Virus record (IMG/VR): IMGVR_UViG_3300043313_002348
Coordinates: 18,915-82,914 of that record
Origin: a virus
DNA: 64,000 bases
Strand: one strand, 5' to 3'
The position numbers and the translations under genes were made by a program. A model generated the notes under the pieces. That model was not told the DNA's origin and ran no database searches. It saw only the letters and a list, made by a program, of their open reading frames with translations. Positions 1-9,589 of this stretch are shown in pieces; position 1 is the first letter of the stretch, and every line of letters begins with the position of its first letter.

Positions 1-138
1 CCAGTAGGCGCCGGGACCACCCTGCCGCTGCCACACCTCGTAGATCGGGTTAAGATTAAGACGGAGCACTAACCTAACACCTTCTTCATTGACGTGTGAG
101 AAGATCGAGGTATATCTACATCACCTAGAAGATCTTCA

Positions 139-444
139 CTACGCTTCCTCTTTCCTCGAGAGTAAGCTGGAGATGGCCTGCCACCTCTGCCGCGTGACAA
201 GTCGACGCACCTCGTCCACCTCGCGGTACCGCGGATCGTCTTGCCGGTACATCTGGAGGAGGGCGCAGGTCGTGAGCGTGACACGCTCGTCCTGGGTTAG
301 GTAGAGCGTGATAGGCACGGTCTTCTCCCCCAGCTCTACCTCGGAAGTCGCCTCGTGATCGATCACGACGTCAACCTGGGAGGACAGGAACACGGATATG
401 ACTCGCTCCTCGTGCGTCCGCAGTCCGGGCACACGTACACGCAC
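139..444 (-). CDS. hypothetical protein
   Basis: 101-aa ORF co-oriented with neighbours; the true start may be downstream; no motif recognised. Confidence 0.45.
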   Translation of the reverse strand: MRVRVPGLRTHEERVISVFLSSQVDVVIDHEATSEVELGEKTVPITLYLTQDERVTLTTCALLQMYRQDDPRYREVDEVRRLVTRQRWQAISSLLSRKEEA

Positions 445-575
445 GTGCAGTTAGCCGGCTCCTCCGCGCACCCGTGGCATAGGAACACGCCACTACCGAG
501 ATATAGCTCCGTGGCCATGTTTGTGCAACCTACCCGTGTACACAGTCCCGCTTCACCGTCGAGGGCCATCGTCAC
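363..575 (-). CDS. small Cys-rich (possible Zn-binding) hypothetical protein
   Basis: Several CxxC/CxC motifs; GAGGAAG RBS upstream of the GTG start. Confidence 0.45.
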   Translation of the reverse strand: MTMALDGEAGLCTRVGCTNMATELYLGSGVFLCHGCAEEPANCTCVYVCPDCGRTRSESYPCSCPPRLTS

Positions 576-612
576 TTCCTCGATCCCTCCTCAGAGGTCT
601 GCTGCGGAGAGG

Positions 613-1254
613 TCACACGTACCTCCGCGCTTCCGCGTACACCCGCGCCAACTCCTCCCACTCTCCCCGTGCCAGCGACCCGTAGTGAGTTAAGACACGG
701 ATCAGCGGAGGACTCAGGATCTCGGGGTGCGCGCCGAAGAGGTCGCGCCCTTGCCTCGTGATCTTCTCCTGGACCGTGGAAAACTGACCCAGCTCGGGTG
801 TGCGAAGAAGATCACCAAGTGTGTCACGGAGTACGGAGATCACACCGCAGCAACGAGGTAAGAGGTTACCCTCCGGGTTGAGCACGTCTACCCACTCGTG
901 ATCGGCGAGCGGCTGGACGTGCACGGTCTCGAGCTCGAGCACCCGCGCGCAGAGCTGATCCAGGAGGTCTTCCTGGGCAAAGCGTCGCCGGGTCTCAGAT
1001 TGTGAGTTTTCCTTGATGGACCACCCCGCGGAGTCGCTGGCGCCCAGCTCGTCCGCCCACTCGGCGTCGGCCGCTAACTCCTCGGCCAGCCGCTGCACCG
1101 AGTTCAGCACCTCGTCCCGGTGGGTCACGCAGGTGGAGCGGGGACGGTGGATCGAGACGTCGTCACGCCAACAGCCGCGGGCCGTGCCATGCTGGCCGTC
1201 TTGGTCACCGGTACCCTCTGCGCTACCTAGTGATCGCGCGTCGCCGATCGTCAT
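613..1254 (-). CDS. hypothetical protein
   Basis: 213-aa ORF with strong RBS (GAAGGTGAGGAG) before the ATG. Confidence 0.6.
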   Translation of the reverse strand: MTIGDARSLGSAEGTGDQDGQHGTARGCWRDDVSIHRPRSTCVTHRDEVLNSVQRLAEELAADAEWADELGASDSAGWSIKENSQSETRRRFAQEDLLDQLCARVLELETVHVQPLADHEWVDVLNPEGNLLPRCCGVISVLRDTLGDLLRTPELGQFSTVQEKITRQGRDLFGAHPEILSPPLIRVLTHYGSLARGEWEELARVYAEARRYV

Positions 1255-1489
1255 CTCCTCACCTTCCTTCCTACTCCCTCACCAGTCACGTACCCGGTCG
1301 GTTTGAGGTTGCAGGACTACCCTACCAGGTACCCCGGCGGGTATCTTCACACCGTCGTGTACGTCCGCTGATGGGATTTTCGACGGGAGATCTGACGTCT
1401 TGTGTGGGTATCCGCAGGAGGTCACCCGGCACCCACGGGAGCACCGTCCAAAGTAGACGGTGGGCGCTAGTCCGTTTGGTCTACGGCCT

Positions 1490-2110
1490 TGATCATTGTA
1501 AGCTTGTAAGCTTGTAAGCAGCCACTCCCAATTGGTTCTGGCGCGCGTCAGGTACGCGCGTACGAGTGCGAGCACGAGCGTATGTATAGCGTTCCACAAG
1601 GGGTGGTCGCGTAGCGTACGAGAACGCGTATATCGCGTAGTTGTACTGGTAGCTTACAAGCTTACAAAAATCAAGGAAAATAATAAAATAGATATATAGA
1701 CTCTCCCCTGACGTCGCCATTTCCGAAGAGTTGATCTTGTAACCAACCTTGAAACTCTCCCAAAACTTCCTTTCAAACCTACGGTGGGCTTACGCACACA
1801 CAGCCATATGATAACGCCATTAGTAACGAAAGAGCAACGATATGGTAACGAGCATCCTCATCCTCATCTCTTAAAGAGCTCTTTTATCACCATAAGAGCG
1901 GATTACGATACGGTTCCTGTAGCGTAACTCATCCTCATTTTTCCCGTGACTTAGGCACTCTTAGGTGTCCTTACCTCGGGACCCTCTCGATGAAAGTTGA
2001 CACTTCCTTGATCGTTTGTGGAAGAAAGTGGACATTGTAACCTAGATTAGTCCCATATGTACAGGTCCTCTTACAACATCTCTCAACTGTCCAATGTAGA
2101 CGGTCAACAC
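1490..2110. other. AT-rich non-coding region, candidate replication origin or genome-end region
   Basis: Marked GC drop; tandem GTAAGCTT x2-3 at ~1498-1519 with inverted copy AGCTTACAAGCTTACAA at ~1651-1667; A/T tract at ~1665-1700; lies downstream of the primase/helicase genes. Confidence 0.45.
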
Positions 2111-2255
2111 GCCGAAACACCCGCGGAAGATCGCTAACGGCGGCCGATGAAGATCCACTACGGACGCCGAAGGCCGCCCAGACCCACCTGCGAACCGCGG
2201 ATCTGGACGGCCACGTCCGGCGCGCGACGCCGGATCACATCGTTACTTCACGTCA

Positions 2256-2417
2256 CTACTCGGGTCGATCCAACTCGATCATGTACTTGCGGCAGTCCAC
2301 CGTCTCATCTTGCTCGTACGTGACGGTAGCTGACGTAAGTTCTCCGTCGATCGTCACAAAGAAGTGATCAGACATGTTACGTGGGTAGATCGTGTGCTGA
2401 AGTTCGATCTTCATCAT
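2256..2417 (-). CDS. small hypothetical protein (53 aa, MMKIELQHTIYPRNMSDHFF...)
   Basis: Read by hand; GAGAGGGAGAAG RBS; below the ORF-track size cutoff. Confidence 0.5.
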   Translation of the reverse strand: MMKIELQHTIYPRNMSDHFFVTIDGELTSATVTYEQDETVDCRKYMIELDRPE

Positions 2418-2467
2418 TTCTTCTCCCTCTCGATTCTCTTCTAGTGATGTTAAGCTGGATCACACTT

Positions 2468-2779
2468 CTACCCGCAGTTAGGGTGACACTTACCACCTCG
2501 GATGTGTGCCATGCAGCCACGCACGTGAACGACGCCGCGAGGTGCCCTGCTCGTGCCACCACTCTTCAGGTTCTCGGCCTTCTGAGGTTGGCGACCCTTT
2601 CGCTTAATCGGAATGTCCTTCTCCGCGAGGACTTCCTTGATCCGCTCAGGGTGAACCTTGTACCGCTGCGCGAGCTGGTTGAGGTTCTTCTTCTGGTTCT
2701 CGTAGTCACTGGCGATCGTGTTCTTTTGCTTGTTGCTCAGTGGCTTTCCACCCGGGGTGCCACTTCCCTTACCTCCCAC
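2468..2779 (-). CDS. basic HTH-like DNA-binding protein
   Basis: LNQLAQRYKVHPERIKEVL resembles an HTH; Lys/Arg-rich; own promoter upstream. Confidence 0.55.
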   Translation of the reverse strand: MGGKGSGTPGGKPLSNKQKNTIASDYENQKKNLNQLAQRYKVHPERIKEVLAEKDIPIKRKGRQPQKAENLKSGGTSRAPRGVVHVRGCMAHIRGGKCHPNCG

Positions 2780-2814
2780 GACGCGTGAGGCCTCGCTTCC
2801 TCCCCGCTTCCTAC

Positions 2815-2862
2815 GTGTTCCTGATCTACGATCATAGTACCAGATAACTCAAGACATGTCAA
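2815..2862 (-). promoter_or_regulatory. SigA/HrdB-type promoter with CAGGAAC leader motif
   Basis: Minus strand TTGACA-17 nt-TACTAT followed by ATCAGGAACACG. Confidence 0.65.
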
Positions 2863-4321
2863 CGGCGGGCTCGCCGATCCTCAAGATCTTCCCGAGCCAC
2901 CGGATGCCTGCGGACGGCTTCGACTCCCAGCCCATCGACTTCAGCACCCGCCCGAAGTCCGACATGTTGAGCATCTCCCTGCGGTCCTGGTCGGAGCCGT
3001 GCATGCGGATCCACGTGACGTACGTCGAGTGTAGGTCGGACGCCTTGACGTAGTACGACGCGGGGTGGTCCCCGGGATGCTCCTCGAGGAGGTGGTTGGT
3101 GTTACGCATGTGATCGAGGAAGTCAGCCACGTGAGTCATGCGGTCGAACGTCTCCGCGGTCCGCAAGAGGAACTGCGGTGGGATGTCGCTGAGCCCCTCC
3201 TCGACCGCGGCCTTGCACCCGAGGACGAGCTGCGCCAGCAGCGCGCGCCGCACCTCGCGATCTTCCACGAAGCGCGTCTTCCACGTCACATCCTCGCGGT
3301 CAGGAGGAAGTGTCACGTCGAACGGGAGCACCCGAACCCGCCTCCGTACCGCGTCGTCGGCTCCCTTGATGTGAGGCATCTCGTTCGTGACGATGACCGG
3401 GGTAAACATGGGTACCCGCTCGATCATCACGTTCGACTGCATCCCCCGGACCGGCACGGGGTCCCCGCCGGTCATCCGCTTGACCATGTCTCCGTGAAGC
3501 TCCCAGGACCGCGCGGCCTCGGAGGCGTAGATCACCCGGGCGTCCAGCGCGCGCATGATGTCAGGTCGCGGCTTGTCGTCGTGAGACCCCCGGAACACGG
3601 ACACGTTCACGGGACGCATGTAGGAACCCAGCGTCGCGGCGATACCCTCCGCCAGGGTGGACTTACCGGATGTGGTCGAGCCGTGCACGATCAGGAGGTG
3701 ACGGAACACGTTCCCGCCGAGCAGCGTGGAACCGAGGATCTTAAACAAGTACCTAATGTGTTCAGGATCGGGGAGGAACGTCTGGAAGAACTCGTTGAGC
3801 ATCGGCGCGTGAGCCTTCGGGTGAAAGTCCACGGTCGTCTGGTTCGTGATGAGGTCACGCGGGTCGTGTGATCTGAGGTCGCCGGACCGCAGGTCGAGCG
3901 TTCCCGCCGGCGTGTTCAGCGACCACCGGTCCGCGTCCAGCTTACGCACCACCTTCGTGAGTTCGATGTCGGCGAACTCGAGCGCCGCGTCGAGTCCTCC
4001 GCGCGACTCGAGTCGGCGGACCCGCTGCCGCAGCAGCTCGTTGTCGTCCTGGATCGCCTGCAGCTCGAGCGCGTCGAGCCAGTCACCTACCCACCGCTGC
4101 GCGTGACGTTCCTCGTCGAGCTGCCACCGCCCGTCGACGTACACGTGACGCCCGACGCCCGGCACGTAGATCATGCGGTCCGCGAGCTCGCGTGCGATCT
4201 CGAGACCGTTGACGCGGTCCGTCATACGGGTAGGAAGTTGGTCGAACATCTCGGTGGGATCGAGGTTCGCCACGAGTTCGTCGTCCGGGGTGTGAGTTCC
4301 TGGGACCTGGGGCTCGGTCAC
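2849..4321 (-). CDS. P4/D5-family primase-associated SF3 helicase
   Basis: D5_N-like LNTPAGTLDLRSG; Walker A GSTTSGKST; KRMTGGD; TNEMP; RR motifs. Confidence 0.9.
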   Translation of the reverse strand: MTEPQVPGTHTPDDELVANLDPTEMFDQLPTRMTDRVNGLEIARELADRMIYVPGVGRHVYVDGRWQLDEERHAQRWVGDWLDALELQAIQDDNELLRQRVRRLESRGGLDAALEFADIELTKVVRKLDADRWSLNTPAGTLDLRSGDLRSHDPRDLITNQTTVDFHPKAHAPMLNEFFQTFLPDPEHIRYLFKILGSTLLGGNVFRHLLIVHGSTTSGKSTLAEGIAATLGSYMRPVNVSVFRGSHDDKPRPDIMRALDARVIYASEAARSWELHGDMVKRMTGGDPVPVRGMQSNVMIERVPMFTPVIVTNEMPHIKGADDAVRRRVRVLPFDVTLPPDREDVTWKTRFVEDREVRRALLAQLVLGCKAAVEEGLSDIPPQFLLRTAETFDRMTHVADFLDHMRNTNHLLEEHPGDHPASYYVKASDLHSTYVTWIRMHGSDQDRREMLNMSDFGRVLKSMGWESKPSAGIRWLGKILRIGEPAVDMS

Positions 4322-4327
4322 CGCGCG

Positions 4328-5365
4328 TCACCACCGTCCTTCACGTCTCAGCCGCGCGGAGAGCTCGCGGTAGCCGTCGAGTTTCACACGTTCCTGCGCG
4401 ACCGCGCGGCGCATGCGGTCACGTGCGCCGCGCGCGGTGTACTCAGCCTCTTGCCACGTGAAGTCAACCTTGTCCTCCGTTCGCTCCCAGACCTGACGAA
4501 TGATCTCGAGGACGGCGGCGTCCACTCCCAGCTTCGTGTACAGCCTGCAGGCCAGGCGGAAGCAGTCCCGGTTGCGCGACCCGGCGCGCCAGAACCCACG
4601 CTGCGTGAACTCACCCGTAGGCGGTAGCTGCTCGTCCGCGGAACCTCCGAACTCTCCGCTAGGACCTCGCAGCCACGCCGCACCCTCGCGCCGGGTCGTC
4701 ACGTCCTCGACGAGCCACCCCGGAGCGACCGGGATCGAGCCGACGTGAACGGTGTCCCACGTGTACGCCACGACGGCGACGTCCTCGTAGAGTGCTCCCG
4801 TGTACGAGTCTTCTTGCGTGACCTCGACGTCGCGAACGGACGGTGGCACGGCCACCAACCCGCCACAGGCCTTGACCTCGACGCCGGGAATGAAGTAGTC
4901 GTTGCGGGGGAGGTGCTCCACGTCCGGCGGGAGAAGGAACCAGTGGTGCCGACCGCCGTGAGGACTGGAGACACTCGGGTGCGGAGGCACCGTGAGACCT
5001 TCGGCCTCGCGCGCTCGGCGCCAGTCCCGCAGGGAGGCGTGACCGTCGACGTGCTTCACGTCCACGTCGAGGACGAGTAGTCGTGACCGGCCGCCGACCA
5101 CGACGCCAAGGTTAGCTTCGGGATCGAGCTGCCACCACCGCGCCACCTGGTCGAGGTCGCGCGTACCTACCACCGGCTCACCGCCGGTGCACGTGCAGAA
5201 GTGCCAGCCTCGTCCGTTGAGCCGGTGAGGTTGGTTGCCGTGACGAGTTAGCGGAAGCACGACGAAACCCCGCGACGCGTAAGACATTGCCCACGCGCCG
5301 GTGTTACGTTCACGTCCTGCTTCGCCGCCGTCACTCCCCCCGCCAACTCCCGTGGGTTGGGTCAC
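4328..5365 (-). CDS. bifunctional DNA primase/polymerase (Prim-Pol)
   Basis: YASRGFVVLPL, WW..PEANLGV, LVLDVD, SPHGGRHHWF, VAVPPS; C-terminal PriCT-like GSRN. Confidence 0.9.
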   Translation of the reverse strand: MTQPTGVGGGSDGGEAGRERNTGAWAMSYASRGFVVLPLTRHGNQPHRLNGRGWHFCTCTGGEPVVGTRDLDQVARWWQLDPEANLGVVVGGRSRLLVLDVDVKHVDGHASLRDWRRAREAEGLTVPPHPSVSSPHGGRHHWFLLPPDVEHLPRNDYFIPGVEVKACGGLVAVPPSVRDVEVTQEDSYTGALYEDVAVVAYTWDTVHVGSIPVAPGWLVEDVTTRREGAAWLRGPSGEFGGSADEQLPPTGEFTQRGFWRAGSRNRDCFRLACRLYTKLGVDAAVLEIIRQVWERTEDKVDFTWQEAEYTARGARDRMRRAVAQERVKLDGYRELSARLRREGRW

Positions 5366-5535
5366 ACCGATCTCATCTCTTTTTCCTAGCTTCGTGTGTC
5401 CCGCCCGAGGCGGACCAGTCGACTCTATACGAGGGATGATCGTTTACCTTCTCATCAGGCTGTGTATGAGTGGCGGAAGTTTGTTACCGTAGACCTCGAA
5501 CGTAGACCGCAGGAACGCGCGAAGGCGAGGCTATC

Positions 5536-5811
5536 GTGAGTGAAGGTACGGGCAAGGCTACCACGGTTCCGTTTAACCCGTCGCTGAACGGGCCGGGATT
5601 GCGGGCGGCGCTCACCGCGAAGAAGAGCGAGCGAGGAAACGTCCGCGGCTGCACTCCTCTGTGCGTTCGAGTCTCAGGTCTTAGCCGGTGCTGGTGCGGG
5701 TGCGCGGCCTGCGAGGCTAAGACCGTGATTAACGGTAAGATCTGCGCGTGGAACGTATGTCCACACGATCCTGACGGACGCCTCAACGCTCACGTGCGAG
5801 CCGTCGCGTAG
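5536..5811 (+). CDS. Cys-rich hypothetical protein
   Basis: First ORF of the rightward unit; GAGG RBS; several Cys. Confidence 0.45.
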   Translation: MSEGTGKATTVPFNPSLNGPGLRAALTAKKSERGNVRGCTPLCVRVSGLSRCWCGCAACEAKTVINGKICAWNVCPHDPDGRLNAHVRAVA

Positions 5812-5833
5812 CCCCCGAGACGAGAGAGTTGAG

Positions 5834-6415
5834 ATGACGATGACCGAGATCCCCGGGAACCTTCCCGAGGTGCTGGCGCTCCCTCGCCGCGGTGAGGTAA
5901 ACGCTCGGCGGCTTTGGAGGCTTCCTACGGTAAACCGTCAAGATCGTGACGGTCCGCCTAACTTCGTGGAGTTCAATGGGAAGTTCCTGGGCTTCTCCTC
6001 CAGTCACCGCGAGGTGCACGGGGTACACACCGGTGGCGACACGTACGCGCGCGCCCGGATCGACCGCTGCGCCGCGTGTCGCTGGTTCGAGCCTCGTATC
6101 TTCCGCGTGGACGACGTCGCGGAGGACTACTCAGGTGCCGAGAACGCGCGGTACCTCGTGCACTTCGGAGGCTTCTCGATCGTTCCCGGTGAGCAGATCC
6201 GCGTGCGTCACGAGTGGCTCACGAGCGCGTTCGAGGTGGTGGAGGCTCTCACCACACGTCGGTCAAACCGGTTCGAGGGTGAGGTGGACGAGGACGACCC
6301 GCGACCTCCGAGTATGAGTAGCTACCTCACTCCGCCGGCCGCGCGCGCGCTGGCGATGGCCGCCGCGAACGACGACGATCTTCAGCACGCGTACGTGAAT
6401 CGGGCCGTGTCGTGA
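5834..6415 (+). CDS. hypothetical protein (CAACRW motif)
   Basis: 193-aa ORF with coding-like composition. Confidence 0.65.
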   Translation: MTMTEIPGNLPEVLALPRRGEVNARRLWRLPTVNRQDRDGPPNFVEFNGKFLGFSSSHREVHGVHTGGDTYARARIDRCAACRWFEPRIFRVDDVAEDYSGAENARYLVHFGGFSIVPGEQIRVRHEWLTSAFEVVEALTTRRSNRFEGEVDEDDPRPPSMSSYLTPPAARALAMAAANDDDLQHAYVNRAVS

Positions 6416-6470
6416 CCGAGGTCGAAGACTACCCTGGCGTCGAGGTGAACCCGAGAAGGAGGAATGAGGA

Positions 6471-6764
6471 GTGGATCCTGACGTGGAACCGCAACCTAAC
6501 GACGTGATGTCGTCGGAAGACGAACACGTTCGGCGGGCGCTCGAGGTCGCGCGCGACGCCCGCGAGGTCGATCACGAGTTTCTCGTCGACCCCGGTTCCC
6601 ACTGCTGCCTGTTCGAGGACGACCTGTGTAATCTTCCAGGTCTTCACGGAGGTCACCAGGAGCAGTTGACGGTGGCCGAGTACACCGCGGTCGAAGATCA
6701 CTACGGCGAGACGGGTGTGGCCGCGGTCACGTTCCTACTCGCACTTCGGCACGGTGAGTCGTGA
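6471..6764 (+). CDS. acidic hypothetical protein
   Basis: GAGGA RBS; stop overlaps the next start (GTGA). Confidence 0.55.
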   Translation: MDPDVEPQPNDVMSSEDEHVRRALEVARDAREVDHEFLVDPGSHCCLFEDDLCNLPGLHGGHQEQLTVAEYTAVEDHYGETGVAAVTFLLALRHGES

Positions 6765-7300
6765 CCACAACCCTCGAGGTCGGACTTGAGCGTGAACGTG
6801 AGTTTCTCCGGGCGGTAGGTCGGCACCGCGTACTCGGGTTCACGGGTACACAGCGTGGGCTCAGTCCCCAGCAGATCTTCTTCGTGCAGATGTTCGTGAG
6901 AGAGTTTACCCGACAGTGTGATCTCCTGCGCGAGGCGGCGCTAGGTCGTCACGGATGCTGCGTCGGCGCCGACGAGCAGTTTCACCGCATGGGTACGTTC
7001 GGGAACGTACCTATGATCACTCATCCTGGTCACATTCCCGAGAAGACCTCGACGTCGTGCTCAGGTGTGTTTCACCACCTACCGCGAAACACCCTCGAGC
7101 GTAACCAGCTCGTGGTAAGTCGCTCGTGGGCACTGCTGGTGTGTCCTAGTACCGACGTCGAGCAGGTTCGCTCGGGCACGTGGGCCACGATCCGCTACGC
7201 GCGCCGGGTCAGGAAACCTCACGTTCAGGTGAACCTTGACGGCACGTCACTCGTCCGTCACGCCGACGCCGCACTGAGTGAGATCATGAGACGAATGTGA
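6761..7300 (+). CDS. SLOG/DprA-like nucleotide-binding protein
   Basis: GFTGTQ, HGCCVGAD, LERNQLVV, RSGTWATIRYA motifs typical of the SLOG fold. Confidence 0.7.
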   Translation: MTTTLEVGLEREREFLRAVGRHRVLGFTGTQRGLSPQQIFFVQMFVREFTRQCDLLREAALGRHGCCVGADEQFHRMGTFGNVPMITHPGHIPEKTSTSCSGVFHHLPRNTLERNQLVVSRSWALLVCPSTDVEQVRSGTWATIRYARRVRKPHVQVNLDGTSLVRHADAALSEIMRRM

Positions 7301-7410
7301 CGCACGAGTGGTGGTGCGAGTATCCCGTGTTCTTAGTGAACCACAGTCATCCTCGCCGTCCGCGCTACGCTAACACCGACCAGGAACATTTGAACATCGG
7401 AGGTGAGATC

Positions 7411-7506
7411 GTGAACCGCAACGACTGGATACTCACCGCTCTGATACTCGGCGTGATCACGCTACTGGGTGCGGTCAGCTTCGTCGTCCTCGTGGCGACG
7501 TCGTGA
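7411..7506 (+). CDS. small membrane protein
   Basis: GGAGGTG RBS; hydrophobic segment WILTALILGVITLLGAVSFVVLV. Confidence 0.5.
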   Translation: MNRNDWILTALILGVITLLGAVSFVVLVATS

Positions 7507-7721
7507 CGGCGTCGGGTTGGCCGCAGTGCCCAACCTGCGGCTACGAAGGTCCTCAGGTACCGTTCGAGACGGACGACATCGGCGGTCTCGAGATCTACTT
7601 CGAGTGCGGTAACCCGACGTGTTCCACCCAGTTCACCGCCGACGACTCGGCCGACAACGTGGTGATACTCGGGTGATAAATCCCGACGCTGACCACAACT
7701 TTGTAGGAAGAAGGTAAGCAA

Positions 7722-8480
7722 GTGACCACCCGTTCACCTTGGATCGTTCCTTCACGTGAGGAGCTGCTCGGCGACACCGGACCGTGTCTTCGCCGCGACG
7801 ACTGCGTCTTCGGTACGAACCACATTAGCCCGTGCGTTCCCTGTCACGAACGTGACGAGTACGTTCTCGCCCGGGTTGAGGGTAAACTCGCCACGATCAC
7901 CTCGACGCCGCACATGGCGCTCGGAAACCTCACGCCTCGAGGCCTCGCCGAGTCGGTTCTCGAGATCATTCGCAGTCCGCAGACGCTCGTGGACCTCGCC
8001 GGCAAGCGGTGGAGTGACGAGACCCGCCGCGTCCTGCGCTGGGCAGTTATGAAGAACGCCGATCAGTTCTCATCTGTGGACCGGCCGTTCACCCTGGATC
8101 TGGTGTGGAACTGGCGTGGGTACTTCGACCAGGCAGCTCTCTGGCGTCGAGGAAGTAACCAAGTCGTCACACTCGGGGATATGCATCCCGTTCACCGACA
8201 CAACGCGCTCAAGTATCTTCTTCAACACGCACCCAAGTACGCCTACGCGGTCGCCTCCGAGTCCGAGGTGTCGACCGCGGAGGCCTCGATGGAGCACGAC
8301 TACATGGTGGACGACCCGCAGGCGTGGATCCGGAGTACCACCCTCTTCCGGGGTCTCGCGGCGTCCGTCGAGGGTGGTGACTGGTACCTCACCGCGTCGG
8401 TACCGATGATCCCGCTCGACACGGCGTCCGAGCACGACGATCTTCTCGACGACGTGATCAATGAGGCCACGTACGACTAG
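7722..8480 (+). CDS. hypothetical protein
   Basis: 252-aa ORF with RBS, in operon context. Confidence 0.65.
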   Translation: MTTRSPWIVPSREELLGDTGPCLRRDDCVFGTNHISPCVPCHERDEYVLARVEGKLATITSTPHMALGNLTPRGLAESVLEIIRSPQTLVDLAGKRWSDETRRVLRWAVMKNADQFSSVDRPFTLDLVWNWRGYFDQAALWRRGSNQVVTLGDMHPVHRHNALKYLLQHAPKYAYAVASESEVSTAEASMEHDYMVDDPQAWIRSTTLFRGLAASVEGGDWYLTASVPMIPLDTASEHDDLLDDVINEATYD

Positions 8481-8578
8481 CTTCGAAGACCGCGCGCGAG
8501 GTCTCACGGCTGTGTTACCTCGCGCGTGGTGTTCGCTAGGCTAGCTGGAAGTCAGACGGCTGACGATAAGGAACGCAT

Positions 8579-9589
8579 GTGCTGATCATTCTCGAGGGTC
8601 CCGACCGCTCGGGTAAGTCGACCGTCGCGCGCGCGCTCGCCGACCGACTTAAGAAATTTGATCCTAACTGCTCGGTGGACATGCTTCACCGCGGACCTCC
8701 ACGCCGACACCCACTCGCAGAGTATGAGCAGGATATCCAGGACTACCGGCCGCAACTGTGGCCCGGGCAGCTCGGAGATCTCCCCCGACGACACGTGATC
8801 TGCGACCGGTGGCACCTCGGTGAGGTCGTCTACCCACCCGTTCGGGGTCGTGGGTCGCTTCTTACTCACGAGGCGTTGTGGCACATCGAGCTGTTCCTGC
8901 AGGCGCGCGGCGCGCTCGTCGTCACGTTCGACGTCCCAACGGACGTGCTCGTTCGGCGGACCGAAAAGGAGACCGGACAGCCCGTGGGTGACGCCGAGAG
9001 GCGTGTGATCGACCGGGTACGCGCCCGGTTCTTTACAGCTACCGTAAACTCGCGCGTCACCACACTTCGGTTCGCTCCTAGTGATCTCGTCGACACGTCC
9101 TTCGTCGTGGACCGCGTCGTCCAGCTCGCCTCGACCGTCGAGGCCTACTCCGCACCGGTTCGCGACTTCGTCACGTACGTTGGGCACCCAAGTCCCAGTA
9201 TCCTCGTCCTCGGAGACGTCCGCAAGCGCGCGAACGACGACCCAGGAGGTCCCGCGTTCGTGCCGTACGGTGGCACGTCGGGCGCGTACCTCCTGCGTGC
9301 GCTCGGCGAGGCGACCCGCGACCAGCGCGTAGGCCGTCTGGGACTCGCGAACGCCTGCGACGTCGACGACCCACTCGACCTGTGGGAGATGTTAGGTAGG
9401 CCGTGGCGCGTCACACTTCTCGGCCGAAACGCCGCACTCGCGGTCGAGAGAAAGTTCCGGGACTTAGGTGTGTCGGTCGGCGTCGTCGACCACCCGCAGT
9501 ACGTGCGTCGGTTCCATCACGACCGTGTGAACGAGTACGGGCACGCGATTCTCTCAAGCCGATCTTCGTCGTTCGCGGGAGTGCAGTGA
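8579..9589 (+). CDS. dNMP (thymidylate-like) kinase fused to a uracil-DNA-glycosylase-like domain
   Basis: N-term LEGPDRSGKST and CDRWHLGEVVY; C-term LGD..PAFVPYGGTSGAYLL..NA..LLGRNA..HPQY resembles the UDG superfamily. Confidence 0.75.
   Translation: MLIILEGPDRSGKSTVARALADRLKKFDPNCSVDMLHRGPPRRHPLAEYEQDIQDYRPQLWPGQLGDLPRRHVICDRWHLGEVVYPPVRGRGSLLTHEALWHIELFLQARGALVVTFDVPTDVLVRRTEKETGQPVGDAERRVIDRVRARFFTATVNSRVTTLRFAPSDLVDTSFVVDRVVQLASTVEAYSAPVRDFVTYVGHPSPSILVLGDVRKRANDDPGGPAFVPYGGTSGAYLLRALGEATRDQRVGRLGLANACDVDDPLDLWEMLGRPWRVTLLGRNAALAVERKFRDLGVSVGVVDHPQYVRRFHHDRVNEYGHAILSSRSSSFAGVQ

Noticed and set aside
2849-5365. Actinomycete integrative conjugative element (prim-pol plus TraB)
   Set aside because: No integrase or excisionase seen, and the genes sit in a genome with a full virion operon.
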